A stretch of 64,000 bases of DNA from an uncultured Bacilli bacterium (GCA_934086185.1 CAKOHW010000003.1:69155-133154); one strand, 5' to 3'. Numbered from the stretch's first letter, positions 41,855 through 52,380 are shown. Numbers and translations: made by a program. Notes: generated from the letters alone by a model not told the origin.

Positions 41855-41985
41855 ATTATCACCCTAATTAAATTATAAAACAAAATGTAATAATTTGTCT
41901 ATCTAAATTATATATTTTAATAAAAAAATTTAGGGGTTTATTTTTTTAATAAAGTATGCTATATTATTTAAGTAATTTTATATGT

Positions 41986-42062
41986 GCGCTCTTAGCTCAA
42001 TTGGATAGAGCGTTAGACTACGGATCTAAAGGTTAGGGGTTCGACTCCCTTAGGGCGCACCA
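41986..42062 (+). tRNA. tRNA-Arg (anticodon ACG)
   Basis: Cloverleaf: acceptor GCGCTCT/AGGGCGC, D-arm GCTC-AATTGGATA-GAGC, anticodon arm TTAGA-CTACGGA-TCTAA, T-arm AGGGG-TTCGACT-CCCTT, encoded CCA. Confidence 0.9.
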
Positions 42063-42287
42063 TTTTAATAATTATTCGAATCGTTCGAATTATATATATG
42101 GCAATCTTAAATGATTGTTTTTTTGTTAGAAAATGTATTTTACATACTTATAATTAGTTTTTTACAATATCATTTTTTATTTGTTATACTATAGATGATT
42201 ATAGATGTTAAATATTGAAAATATGTGCGTTTAGTTGTTTTTATATAAATTAAAAACATATTTTTATAAGAAAGTTGGATGAAAAAT

Positions 42288-43214
42288 ATGGTTAGTGCAA
42301 GTACTATAAAATCAGATAGTGATAATGTTGAGAGTATTTTTACAAAATATTTAAATGGAATTGATACTTGTGAAAGTGGTGGCTTTTGGGAAGGAGATTC
42401 ATGTAAAAATTTAGTTAGCAAAGCCAAAGAATTTGAAACTAAATATAAACAAAATATTTGTGAACAAATGTCTAAATTAGCTGAAGCTGTAAATAAATTA
42501 AATAACTACATAATAAATAAGCAAGCTCAGAAAAGTGCAATAGCTAACTTACAAAATACAACAGATGATGTTGAAAAATCTAATTATCAAAGTCAATTAG
42601 ATCAAGCAAATTTGGAAATGAATAGACTAAAAACACAAATAGACGCATTATTAAATGAAATAATTGCTTTAGTAATTAATGATGATGGTCAAGTGAATCA
42701 AATGGGATCATTAATTAGTGAAAATAGTGGTGTTACTACTAAAAATGTAGGAGAACAAATAGTAGAAAAAGCTAAAGAAATACATAAATATATGGAAGAA
42801 AATGATTATAAATACTGTGTATATGATGGTAATGATTATGAGGAACATAATTCAAATCGGAAACATGGCTTAAATATTACATTTGAAGAGTCTAAAAATG
42901 GTTTTCACAATACATGTTGTGCAACTTATGTTTCATGGGTTTTACAAGAATCAGGTCTTATAAGTCGAGAAGATCATTCAAATAGTGCTAATACTTTAGC
43001 AAAAAATTTAAAGGAAAAAGGATGGACAAAAGTGGATAAACCACAACCAGGGGATGTAATGGTATTCAATCATCATGTTCAAATATATGGTGATGATGGA
43101 AAAATATATAATGCTGGTAGTGGTTCTAGTATAAGGAAAGCTCCATCTGAATCATCTGGTAAAATGAATTATAGCTATTGTCTTAGAGCTCCTGAAAAAT
43201 ATAAATATAGTTGA
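42288..43214 (+). CDS. CHAP-domain protein (cysteine/histidine-dependent amidohydrolase/peptidase) with coiled-coil N-terminal region, no signal peptide
   Basis: C-terminal CHAP motif HNTCCATYVSWVLQESG ... GDVMVFNHHVQIYGDDG. N-terminal ~200 aa is helical and contains a WEG motif. RBS GGATGA. Confidence 0.6.
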   Translation: MVSASTIKSDSDNVESIFTKYLNGIDTCESGGFWEGDSCKNLVSKAKEFETKYKQNICEQMSKLAEAVNKLNNYIINKQAQKSAIANLQNTTDDVEKSNYQSQLDQANLEMNRLKTQIDALLNEIIALVINDDGQVNQMGSLISENSGVTTKNVGEQIVEKAKEIHKYMEENDYKYCVYDGNDYEEHNSNRKHGLNITFEESKNGFHNTCCATYVSWVLQESGLISREDHSNSANTLAKNLKEKGWTKVDKPQPGDVMVFNHHVQIYGDDGKIYNAGSGSSIRKAPSESSGKMNYSYCLRAPEKYKYS

Positions 43215-43294
43215 TGATATATTTTATACGAACACTTATTTGACATTTTTTAAAGTATGTAGTATACTACATCGTATGAAAAGGGGAGTTTTGT

Positions 43295-43972
43295 ATGAAA
43301 AAAAGTAAATATGATATTATGAATGGAATATCTACAAATTTAAAATTAACATTTTTAAAAGCATTTTTAAGTGCAATTAACAAGAAAAAGAGAAAAGATA
43401 TTGTTGATGGTTTTTTTGAATCATTATTAAATAATGCACATGTTTTTTATGAAATTATTAAAGATAATAGTTTATATAATCCTATGCATTTAGAAGATGG
43501 TAGACTTAATAAATCCTATTTAAGAGTGTTAGTATTTAAGAATGGATTCTATGATTCATACGTTAAAATTTTGTTAGATGATATGCTTCAAAGAAAATAT
43601 AATTGTAATTTTTATGATGTTCGTAATAGTGATATAAATAAAAAATATGAAATGATTGAAGAATTACAAGAACAAATTTCACAATTGAGTGAAGAAGAAA
43701 GAGAATTAATTAATATTATATGTAATCCTAATTTTAAATATTCTGATTTAAATGAAAGTCAAAAACAAGAATTAGATGAATATCATAATAAATTTATGAA
43801 TGAAAAAGTATTACCATATGTTAATGATGATGATACTGAAGTTTCAGAAAAACAAATTCAAAGTATGTTAAAAAAACTTTCAGACCATATTATATATCAT
43901 CCTTTATTCGAATATGTTATAAAAAAAGAAGATTATAAATCATTAACAAAAAACAATAACATTAATAATTAA
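43295..43972 (+). CDS. Hypothetical cytoplasmic protein (candidate immunity partner of the upstream CHAP protein)
   Basis: 225 aa with RBS AAAGGGGAG; no motif. The immunity role is inferred from position only. Confidence 0.3.
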   Translation: MKKSKYDIMNGISTNLKLTFLKAFLSAINKKKRKDIVDGFFESLLNNAHVFYEIIKDNSLYNPMHLEDGRLNKSYLRVLVFKNGFYDSYVKILLDDMLQRKYNCNFYDVRNSDINKKYEMIEELQEQISQLSEEERELINIICNPNFKYSDLNESQKQELDEYHNKFMNEKVLPYVNDDDTEVSEKQIQSMLKKLSDHIIYHPLFEYVIKKEDYKSLTKNNNINN

Positions 43973-44080
43973 CTTATGTCTCATTTCTATTATATAGAAA
44001 TGAGATTTTTTTATTGTACAATAAAATATTTAATAGTATTATATTATTCTATTTGTTAAAAATAATAATGGTGATTTGCT

Positions 44081-45406
44081 TTGATTAATGATTATAGAAT
44101 AAAAATTAAAAATAATGAAGAAGTACTATATTTGTATATGAATTTTGATACTGAGTTTTCGTTGAGTGAATTAAGAGATAATATTGATAATTTTAAAGTT
44201 AGAATTAGTAAATTTATCAAGAAGAACAAGATAAATTTTAAAGGAACTACTGTTGCTATTGTTGTAGGCGGTTTGATGATTGGGACTATATCATTAAATA
44301 ATATAAAATATGATGATAAATCTGTAGTTCCAAATTATATTGTTTCTATAAATAATAAAGTATATTTTGAAGATATTAATAAAGATAATGAAATAGATAA
44401 TGATATTTTAAATAATGAAGTTTCAGAATTAAATACAACTATTGAGAATCAGAATCAATATAATGAAGTAAAAAAAGACAATCAAGAGAATGTAAATACT
44501 GTTAAAAATACTGTAAAGAGTAGTGTGAATAATAAGTCTAATACTGTAAATAAAGAAAGTAGTAATGTTAATCAAAATAATAATGTAGTAAATGAAGAAA
44601 ATAAAAGTTCTGGAACTATAATAAATTTATATAGAAAAAATGGCTCTGTTGTTAGTATGGATTTAGATGAATATTTAATTGGTGTAGTAGGTGCAGAAAT
44701 GCCTGCTTCATTTAATATAGAAGCGTTAAAGGCACAAGCTATAGTTGCTAGAACATATACTTTAAAAACTATTAATAGTGGTAAAAAATTAAGTGATGAT
44801 AATAGTACACAAAATTATAAATCGAATGAGGAATTAAAAAATACTTGGGGTAGTAGTTATAATACTTATTATAATAAAGTTAGAAGTGCTGTAATAGATA
44901 CTAAGGGAATTGTTATAAAATATAATGGAAGTTTAATAGATGCTTTATATCATTCTACAAGTAATGGTTATACAGAAGATGCTAGTAATGTATGGAAAAA
45001 TAGTGTTCCTTACTTGAAAAGTGTTAGTAGTGAATATGATACTACTAATAAGAATTTTATATATAATAAATTTATTAGTTATCAAGATTTATCTAATAAA
45101 TTAGGTATACCTGTTAGCTACAGTAGTAATATAGAAATTAGTGAAAAAACTAATAGTGGTAGAGTTAAGTATTTAAATATTGATGGAAATATTTTTAATG
45201 GAGTTAATGTAAGAACAATACTTGAGTTACGTTCTACAGATTTTGTATTTGAAAAACAAGAAACTGGAATTAATATAATAACTAAAGGTTATGGACATGG
45301 AGTAGGTATGAGTCAATATGGAGCAAATGGAATGGCTAATAATGGATATAGTTATAAAGATATAATATTACATTATTATACTGGGGTATATTTAGATGCT
45401 ATATAA
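44081..45406 (+). CDS. SpoIID/LytB-domain protein (lytic transglycosylase/amidase enhancer family)
   Basis: TTG start. N-terminal TM, low-complexity N/K-rich linker, then SpoIID core IGVVGAEMPASFNIEALKAQAIVARTYTL ... YHSTSNGYTE. Confidence 0.7.
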   Translation: MINDYRIKIKNNEEVLYLYMNFDTEFSLSELRDNIDNFKVRISKFIKKNKINFKGTTVAIVVGGLMIGTISLNNIKYDDKSVVPNYIVSINNKVYFEDINKDNEIDNDILNNEVSELNTTIENQNQYNEVKKDNQENVNTVKNTVKSSVNNKSNTVNKESSNVNQNNNVVNEENKSSGTIINLYRKNGSVVSMDLDEYLIGVVGAEMPASFNIEALKAQAIVARTYTLKTINSGKKLSDDNSTQNYKSNEELKNTWGSSYNTYYNKVRSAVIDTKGIVIKYNGSLIDALYHSTSNGYTEDASNVWKNSVPYLKSVSSEYDTTNKNFIYNKFISYQDLSNKLGIPVSYSSNIEISEKTNSGRVKYLNIDGNIFNGVNVRTILELRSTDFVFEKQETGINIITKGYGHGVGMSQYGANGMANNGYSYKDIILHYYTGVYLDAI

Positions 45407-46111
45407 TAGTTCATTTAATGTAGTTCCTATTATTTCCGATATTTCATTAACATATTTATCAATATGACTTGTTGACATTAATAAAGTAGTTTTATTATAG
45501 GTATATTCTAATGATGTTGGAATACCAATAACTAATACATTGGTATTCATATTTTTTTTACTAATTAACGTATTATTTCCATGTATTCCACTTCCTGGAG
45601 TAATACCTATATTATTTAATTCTAAGGTCTTATTTAAATTATTAATATTGTTTGTTAAAAAAGAATCTATTAATATTATTAAATTAGGTTTTATTAATTT
45701 ATTAATACTTTTAATAATCATTGTTGTATCTATTCCTGTAGTTCCTAATACACCTGGTTCTATTGTAGAAATTTTTATATTATTAGATGTTATTATATTA
45801 TTTAAATATAAATTTGGAGTAATATATTTTATAGATTTTGGACCTATAGAATCAGATGTATTAGAAATATTACCTAAACCTACTATTAAGATGTTTGATT
45901 TATTATTTATGTTATATAAATTAAAGAAATGAAGTAATTGTGTTTTTAGTATTTTTTTTATATTATTTTTTTCGATTAAACTATTAAAGTGTAATGTTAT
46001 ATATAATTTATTTTTATTTTCGTATTCAGATATAAGTATGTTATTTTTTTTATATTCTTTAGTTTTTTTAATATTTATATTATCTATTGCTAAGTCAGTT
46101 CTGTTATTCAT
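45392..46111 (-). CDS. YyaC-like spore protease family protein (GPR/HybD fold)
   Basis: ILIVGLGNISNTSDSIGPKSIKYIT resembles the GPR/YyaC N-terminal motif. RBS AGGTGA. Confidence 0.4.
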   Translation of the reverse strand: MNNRTDLAIDNINIKKTKEYKKNNILISEYENKNKLYITLHFNSLIEKNNIKKILKTQLLHFFNLYNINNKSNILIVGLGNISNTSDSIGPKSIKYITPNLYLNNIITSNNIKISTIEPGVLGTTGIDTTMIIKSINKLIKPNLIILIDSFLTNNINNLNKTLELNNIGITPGSGIHGNNTLISKKNMNTNVLVIGIPTSLEYTYNKTTLLMSTSHIDKYVNEISEIIGTTLNELLYSI

Positions 46112-46204
46112 ATAATCACCTATAATTATTATTTATAAAAAAATTATAACTATGTATTTTTATTATTATTTGATAAAATATACATGTATTAATGGAGGGT
46201 AGTA

Positions 46205-47041
46205 ATGTTAGTTATTGATGTGGAAAATGAATTAGATTTAGAAAATACTTTAACTTGTGGACAAATATTTAGATATCAACAAGAAATAGATAATAGTTTT
46301 ACAGTTGTAATAAGTGATAGAGTTATAAATTTAAAATATGATAATTATAAATTATATGTTAAGTCTAATAAATTAGATAATTTAGAAAATGTTATTAGAG
46401 AATATTTAGATTTAGATAGAGATTATAAAAGTATAATGGACAAAATACGAGTTATGGATAGTACTTTAGCAAAATATTTAGATAATTCATTAGGACTTAA
46501 AATGATAAAACAAGATAAGTTAGAATGTATTATATCTTATATAATAAGTCAAAATAATAGTGTTAGAAATATACAAATGAGTTTAAATATGTTAAGTGAA
46601 GCTTATGGAGAAAAGGTAGAATTTTTAAATAAAGAATATTATTTATTTCCTAAATTAGATAGACTTGCTAGCTTGTCTTTAGAAGATTTTAGGAAATGTA
46701 AAGTTGGTTTTAGAGATAAATATTTGGTTGGTATTATTGAAAGTATAAATAATGGTAATTTTAATTTGAATATGATTGATACTTTAAATACGGAAGAAGC
46801 TTTACAATATTTAATTAATTTTAAGGGAATAGGTATGAAAGTTGCTAGTTGTATTTTATTATTTAGTTATCAAAGATTTGATGTATATCCAGTTGATACA
46901 TGGGTTAAGAAATTTATGGAAGATAATTATAATATTGTAGGTGAAAAAAATATAAGAGAGTATTGTAAAAAAACGTATGGTGAGTATTCTGGATTAGCAA
47001 TTCAATATATGTTTAACAGTAAAAGAAATATAAATGTGTAA
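46205..47041 (+). CDS. ogg: 8-oxoguanine DNA glycosylase / HhH-GPD base-excision repair glycosylase
   Basis: N-terminal LTCGQIFRYQQ and HhH-GPD motif FKGIGMKVASCILLFSYQRFDVYPVDTWV. RBS GGAGGGTAG. Confidence 0.7.
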   Translation: MLVIDVENELDLENTLTCGQIFRYQQEIDNSFTVVISDRVINLKYDNYKLYVKSNKLDNLENVIREYLDLDRDYKSIMDKIRVMDSTLAKYLDNSLGLKMIKQDKLECIISYIISQNNSVRNIQMSLNMLSEAYGEKVEFLNKEYYLFPKLDRLASLSLEDFRKCKVGFRDKYLVGIIESINNGNFNLNMIDTLNTEEALQYLINFKGIGMKVASCILLFSYQRFDVYPVDTWVKKFMEDNYNIVGEKNIREYCKKTYGEYSGLAIQYMFNSKRNINV

Positions 47042-47142
47042 ATTTTATGAAAAAATGTTAATTTGAAATAAAATTTGTTGCATTTTTATTTTTTTTATAT
47101 TATGATTTAAATGTAAAGTATGACAATACTTAAAAGAAAGGA

Positions 47143-47688
47143 ATGAAAAATAATATGATTAAATTAAATAAGAAAGGTTTTACATTAGTTGAATTATTAG
47201 CAGTTATCGTAATCTTGGCTTTATTAATAGTTGTTGTAGCAAATACTGCATTACCTGCTTTGGATAATTCTAAAAAAAGTTCATTAAATGTTTATGCTGG
47301 TAGAGTTTTAAATTCCGCAAAAAATGTTTTTCAAACTGAAGTTTTAAATAGCAACCATGATACTTTTAAAGAAATTTCTTCTGGAACAAATAAATATTGT
47401 GCTACAATGACTTCTCTAATGGGATCAAATAAACAATATTTTGGTTATGTACTTGTTGATAATACTGGTACCGATGCTGTTTATTATGTTAGAGTTACTG
47501 ATGGTCCAAACAAACTATCTTATATTAAATCTGCAAGTACAAATACAGCAACTGCTATAGTTAGTTCTAAATTAGAAGTAAAGAACATAGGTAAAATATC
47601 AGCAAACGAAACATCAGATCCTACTTGTCCAACAGGAGCTACTGCAGCTGCTGCAGCTACTGCCTTTACTAACGCAATTACTAATTAA
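47143..47688 (+). CDS. Type IV pilin / pseudopilin (prepilin-type N-terminal cleavage/methylation domain)
   Basis: Leader ...NKKG then FTLVELLAVIVILALLIVV, matching the class III signal G|FTLxE. The start may be the ATG at 47155. Confidence 0.75.
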   Translation: MKNNMIKLNKKGFTLVELLAVIVILALLIVVVANTALPALDNSKKSSLNVYAGRVLNSAKNVFQTEVLNSNHDTFKEISSGTNKYCATMTSLMGSNKQYFGYVLVDNTGTDAVYYVRVTDGPNKLSYIKSASTNTATAIVSSKLEVKNIGKISANETSDPTCPTGATAAAAATAFTNAITN

Positions 47689-47765
47689 TTTATACAACAG
47701 ATAAATGTAAATAATTTATTTTGAAAAAATGCTTGCATAAGATTTATGCTTGTGGTATATTATTA

Positions 47766-47793
47766 AGTAGTTAAGTTATTTAACTACTTTTTT
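47766..47793 (+). terminator. Hairpin plus T-run between the pilin gene and tRNA-Pro
   Basis: AGTAGTTAA GTTAT TTAACTACT followed by TTTTTT. Confidence 0.5.
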
Positions 47794-47795
47794 AT

Positions 47796-47872
47796 CGAGA
47801 AGTAGCACAGCTTGGTAGTGCACTTGGTTTGGGACCAAGGGGTCGCAGGTTCGAATCCTGTCTTCTCGACCA
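47796..47872 (+). tRNA. tRNA-Pro (anticodon TGG)
   Basis: Acceptor CGAGAAG/CTTCTCG, D-arm GCAC-AGCTTGGTA-GTGC, anticodon arm CTTGG-TTTGGGA-CCAAG, T-arm GCAGG-TTCGAAT-CCTGT, encoded CCA. Confidence 0.9.
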
Positions 47873-47969
47873 TTTATGATATTTACAGCACTTATTGTGT
47901 TGTTTTTATTTTATTGAAATTAATTAAATATAATGTTATTATTTTTATAGTAGAAAAGTTGGTGTTAGA

Positions 47970-48458
47970 ATGGATGAGAATAAAAAACAAATTGTTATTA
48001 TGGTTGTTATAGTTATAATTTTAATATTAACATTACTTGGAATATTAGTATATTATGTAAAAACTAATGAAGTAAATGTTAATAATAGTTATAATAGTAG
48101 CACTACTTCATCTAGTACTACTAAGTTAACAACTACGAATAAAAATGAAACAAAAGAATTAGAGGCTAGTAATGCAGTTTCTGAATATTTAGAAAATTTA
48201 AAAAGTGAAGAAAAAATTAGTGAATATAATATCTTAAATATAAATATTTTAGATGAAAATGATTTATGTCCAAATGAAGTATATGATGCTTCTAAAATAT
48301 ATGTTAATTTGAATGTTTCTTATAATAAGATTGATAATACATTTTATATGTCTCCTGATGAAAAAAATGATGGTGATATATACGAAAGTAGCATAAATAT
48401 TGTATTTATTCAAAAACAAGATAAATATGAAGTAGAAAAGATGTATTCTGGGTGTTAA
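47970..48458 (+). CDS. Hypothetical membrane-anchored protein
   Basis: N-terminal TM and an S/T-rich linker. Confidence 0.35.
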   Translation: MDENKKQIVIMVVIVIILILTLLGILVYYVKTNEVNVNNSYNSSTTSSSTTKLTTTNKNETKELEASNAVSEYLENLKSEEKISEYNILNINILDENDLCPNEVYDASKIYVNLNVSYNKIDNTFYMSPDEKNDGDIYESSINIVFIQKQDKYEVEKMYSGC

Positions 48459-48712
48459 AATATTTAATTATTGTTAATATAATTAGTTTTGTTATTTATG
48501 GTATAGATAAATTTTTGGCAATTAAACATATGTATAGAATAAGTGAATTTATTTTATTGTCTTTTAGTTTTATTGGTGGTGTAGTTGGTTCCATTTTTGG
48601 AATGATAATATTTAGACATAAAATTAATTCAGTTAAATTTAAAATATATTTAATAATTTATAGTTTATTGTGGATAATTTTGTTATTAAAATATTATAAA
48701 TTGCTTAACTAA
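48452..48712 (+). CDS. DUF1294-family small membrane protein
   Basis: IDKFLAIKHMYRISEFILL ... GGVVGSIFGMIIFRHKI. Confidence 0.5.
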   Translation: MLKYLIIVNIISFVIYGIDKFLAIKHMYRISEFILLSFSFIGGVVGSIFGMIIFRHKINSVKFKIYLIIYSLLWIILLLKYYKLLN

Positions 48713-48772
48713 TTGTTTACAATATTTTTTTTTTTTGCTATAATTTTTTATAGAATAGGAAGGTTGTTATTT

Positions 48773-50485
48773 ATGGTTAGTATGATTAAAGAAATTAATG
48801 ACAATTTAAAAACAATAGTAGATACTTTAAAAGATAATTTAGATAATTCTATAAATACTCTTGATAATATACAATTACAAATGGATAAAAAAGTAGAAGA
48901 GGCTAAAAAATATAAAATTCAAGTTGATGATGCTAAAGCTAAAATTAGAAATTTAGAAGAGGATAATAAAACATTAGAGTTATCTTTAAAAGAGTTAAAT
49001 GATAAATATGGAAAAATGAATTTAGTTTCTTTGGTTGAGGCTGGAACTAGAGAAATAAAGGCTAAAATGAATGATAACCTTAGAGAAATAAGTAGAGAAA
49101 AAGAACATATTGCTGATTTAACAAATAAAGCTAGAACTATTAAAGATTTATTGATGAATTTAAAAAAAGATAAAACTGTTAAGGAAGAAAAATTAGAAAA
49201 TTTAAAAATAGTTTATAAATATTATAGTGAAAGAATAGATGATATTATTGATTATGCTTTTAATCATTCTGAAAATTTAGGTGATTATAGAAAAGTAGAA
49301 TTTGAAGATAATAATGATCATGATGATGAAGTTAATTATGATAATAAAGAATTAGAAAATACTATGGTATTTGATGAAATAGCAAATATTGATGAAAATA
49401 AGAATTTTAAAGATGAAATGTCATTTATAAATGATCAGATAGATAATGAAGTAACTAATAATTATGCTAATATGGTTGATGAAGTAAATAAAAGTAATGG
49501 AGATGAATCTAATAGTGTTAGTGATAAAAATTTATTTGAAGATTTAAATAAAGATGAAAATGATAAAGAAGAAGATTCTACTGGTGTTTTTGATAGTATT
49601 ATTACTCCAGAATTAGTTGAGGATGAACCTAAAGAAGATAGTAAAGTAACTTCAGAACCAGTATTAGATAATTCAGAAGATTTATTAAAAAATATTGAAG
49701 ATTTAGATACTTCAGTGGGAGAAAATAAAAAGTCTGAAGAAGTTAATGAAACAAAAGAAGAAGTTGCTAATGAAGAAGATATTAAGCCTATAGATTTAAA
49801 TCAAGAAGAAAAACAAGTTGATGAATTAAACTTTGATAATGAACATAATGATAGAATAGAAAAGATTGATAATTTATTTTCTAGTATAAATGATACTGAA
49901 ACAAATAAAATTAATCTTGATGATATAAAACCAATAAATGTTAATGGAATAGAAAATAGTATTGATAACGCTTATAAAGATGTATTTGGAAGTCCTATAA
50001 ATGAACCTTTAAAGAAAGAGCCTACATTAACTGATATATTTGGTAATCCTATTAAGAGTGATGATATAAATGCTTCTGTTAAAGAAAATAAGAAATTAGA
50101 AGATTTATTTGTAGAAAATGGAATAGATTTTAATAGATTTACCGAGAATGAACAAAGTTATTTAAGAAATGTTTATGATGAAGATAAATTTAATAATATA
50201 TTTAGTACTTTAAAAAGAAATAATATAAATTTGGATAATATTTATTATGCATATAATATTTTTGGTGATATGACTGCTAATGAATTAGAAAATCTTATAA
50301 GTAAATTAATAAATGCTGGACAAAGTGTTGAAGCGATTGGATTAATATTAGAAAAATTACCAAAAATAAAAAAATATAATTTAGATGAAGCAATTATAAG
50401 TTATGGAGATTATGTAAAAGATGTTGATATTACTGATTTAGTTATGAAAGCTCGTCTTTTACATAAAAATGGAGGTAATGTATAA
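48773..50485 (+). CDS. Hypothetical acidic coiled-coil protein
   Basis: About 570 aa. N-terminal coiled coil, central D/E/N-rich low complexity, structured C-terminus. Start at the ATG with RBS AGGAAGG (track ORF begins 48713). Confidence 0.4.
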   Translation: MVSMIKEINDNLKTIVDTLKDNLDNSINTLDNIQLQMDKKVEEAKKYKIQVDDAKAKIRNLEEDNKTLELSLKELNDKYGKMNLVSLVEAGTREIKAKMNDNLREISREKEHIADLTNKARTIKDLLMNLKKDKTVKEEKLENLKIVYKYYSERIDDIIDYAFNHSENLGDYRKVEFEDNNDHDDEVNYDNKELENTMVFDEIANIDENKNFKDEMSFINDQIDNEVTNNYANMVDEVNKSNGDESNSVSDKNLFEDLNKDENDKEEDSTGVFDSIITPELVEDEPKEDSKVTSEPVLDNSEDLLKNIEDLDTSVGENKKSEEVNETKEEVANEEDIKPIDLNQEEKQVDELNFDNEHNDRIEKIDNLFSSINDTETNKINLDDIKPINVNGIENSIDNAYKDVFGSPINEPLKKEPTLTDIFGNPIKSDDINASVKENKKLEDLFVENGIDFNRFTENEQSYLRNVYDEDKFNNIFSTLKRNNINLDNIYYAYNIFGDMTANELENLISKLINAGQSVEAIGLILEKLPKIKKYNLDEAIISYGDYVKDVDITDLVMKARLLHKNGGNV

Positions 50486-50772
50486 TGGAATATTTATTTG
50501 ATTTAGGTTTTTCTTTAGAAGAAGTTAATATGATTAGAAATAAGTATGAACAAGAAGATAGAGATAAAATAGAATTTTTTCCAAGATTAATTAAAGAAAA
50601 TTATAATTACTTAAAATCATATGGTATTAATAATATTAAAGTTTGTTTTATAAATCATGTTAAAATGTTTTTTATGAATCCAGATAAATTTAGAAGTATT
50701 TTTAATAAATATGATAGAGCAGATTTAGTAAGATGTATAGAAAAGAATGATGCAGTATTAGAGAAACTATAA
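50485..50772 (+). CDS. Hypothetical small protein
   Basis: 95 aa; its ATG overlaps the upstream TAA stop (TAATGG). Confidence 0.35.
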   Translation: MEYLFDLGFSLEEVNMIRNKYEQEDRDKIEFFPRLIKENYNYLKSYGINNIKVCFINHVKMFFMNPDKFRSIFNKYDRADLVRCIEKNDAVLEKL

Positions 50773-50893
50773 TGGTTTCTTTTTTTGTTAAATTATTGTA
50801 AATATCAAAAAATATGTATTAGTATATTTGGAATGTGTAATAATTAATGTTATAATTAATATGTATAATTATGTGATAGAAGTAGGTGACATA

Positions 50894-52372
50894 ATGAAAA
50901 AATTAAAAATATTATTAATTTTTGTATTTAGTTTTCTATTTATAAATAATGTTAGTGCTCTTGATACTGATTTAAAAACAGCTGGTGTACAAGATAGTGC
51001 TTTTGAAAGTATGATTAGTGGTTTTGATGAATCTTATAAACCTTATTTAAGATATTTACATACAATACATCCTAATTGGAAATTTACTCCAATGAATACT
51101 AATTTAGATTTTAATACATCAGTTATTGAAGAAAAGAAAGTAAGTAGTATTAATATAAGTAGTGGAAAATGTGAGCAAAATCCTTTTTATGAAACAGAGA
51201 GTGGTTGGTGTATTGCCAATGATGATACTACTAAGTATTATTTAGATAGTAGAAATTTCTTAAGTGAACGTTATATTTTTATGTTTCAAAATTTGAATAA
51301 TGATGATAAGTATGATGAAGCTACTGTACAAAGTATTTTAAATGGATCTATTATGAGTGGTATTTCTGCTTTAGATAGTCAAACTTTTGCAAGTATATTT
51401 GTTGAAGCTGGTAATTATGCAAATGTATCACCATTATATTTGGCTAGTTTATCTATGCAAGAAGTTGGACGTGGTGGAACAAATACAAATGGTACTCCAT
51501 TTGAATATAATGGTATAAATTATAGTGGACTATTTAATTTCTTTAATATTGGAGCTTATAGTAGCGAATCAAATCCTATGAAAGCAGGTTTAGTATTTGC
51601 AAACGGTGGTTCAAATGGTTCAAGTACAAGTTATTTAAGACCATGGACATCTCCAAAGAAAGCAATAATGGGTGGAGCAAGTTATATAGGACAAGGTTAT
51701 ATTGCTAGTACACAGAATACTATGTATTTGAAAAAATTTAATGTTAGCCCTAAATCTAGATATATCTATGCTCATCAATATCAGGCTAATTTGGCTGCTC
51801 CTATGAGTGAAGCATCTAAGATATTTAACGGATTAAAAAGTAATAATTTATTAGATAGACCTTATAATTTTGTTATACCTCAATATTATAATATGCCTAA
51901 TGGTACTTTAGTTCCTACAGGAGATAATAATAATTCTGGGCAAACTATAAAACCTTCTTTCTTATCCATTTTAAATGCTAGAACAACTGCTGGATATTTA
52001 AGAGGATATCAAGTTGGTACTACAATTGGAACAATTAAAAATTTAGTTGGTAATAATGCTGTTGTAGTAATAAAAAATGCTGGTGGAAATATTATGGATG
52101 ATGGAAATATTATTGGTACAGGATATACTATAAATATTAGTAATAGTGATGGAAGCGATACTTATACTTATGTAATGTATGGTGATTTAAATGGTGATGG
52201 AGAAATAAATTCAGCAGACTTATTAAAATTAAGAAAATATTTAATAGGCAGTGAAGGTTTAGATGGTGCATTTAAAAGTAGTGCTTATATAAATAGTGAT
52301 GGAGAAATAAATTCAGCTGATTTATTAAATTTAAGACAATATTTAATAGGTACAAATACTATTAATCAATAG
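50894..52372 (+). CDS. Secreted peptidoglycan hydrolase (glucosaminidase/FlgJ-like domain, tentative) with C-terminal type I dockerin
   Basis: Signal peptide. Central PLYLASLSMQEVGRGGT ... GLFNFFNIGAYS. The C-terminus has two calcium-binding dockerin repeats: GDLNGDGEINSADLLKLRKYLIG and INSDGEINSADLLNLRQYLIG. RBS AGGTGA. Confidence 0.6.
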   Translation: MKKLKILLIFVFSFLFINNVSALDTDLKTAGVQDSAFESMISGFDESYKPYLRYLHTIHPNWKFTPMNTNLDFNTSVIEEKKVSSINISSGKCEQNPFYETESGWCIANDDTTKYYLDSRNFLSERYIFMFQNLNNDDKYDEATVQSILNGSIMSGISALDSQTFASIFVEAGNYANVSPLYLASLSMQEVGRGGTNTNGTPFEYNGINYSGLFNFFNIGAYSSESNPMKAGLVFANGGSNGSSTSYLRPWTSPKKAIMGGASYIGQGYIASTQNTMYLKKFNVSPKSRYIYAHQYQANLAAPMSEASKIFNGLKSNNLLDRPYNFVIPQYYNMPNGTLVPTGDNNNSGQTIKPSFLSILNARTTAGYLRGYQVGTTIGTIKNLVGNNAVVVIKNAGGNIMDDGNIIGTGYTINISNSDGSDTYTYVMYGDLNGDGEINSADLLKLRKYLIGSEGLDGAFKSSAYINSDGEINSADLLNLRQYLIGTNTINQ

Positions 52373-52380
52373 GAGGAAAT

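Noticed and set aside
42063-42100. Inverted repeat ATTCGAA-TCG-TTCGAAT after tRNA-Arg as an attachment-site remnant
   Set aside because: There is no matching direct repeat of the tRNA 3' end downstream and no integrase. It is kept only as context in the CHAP-islet finding.
47812-48012. 66-aa plus-strand ORF
   Set aside because: Begins inside tRNA-Pro, so it is a translation artefact.
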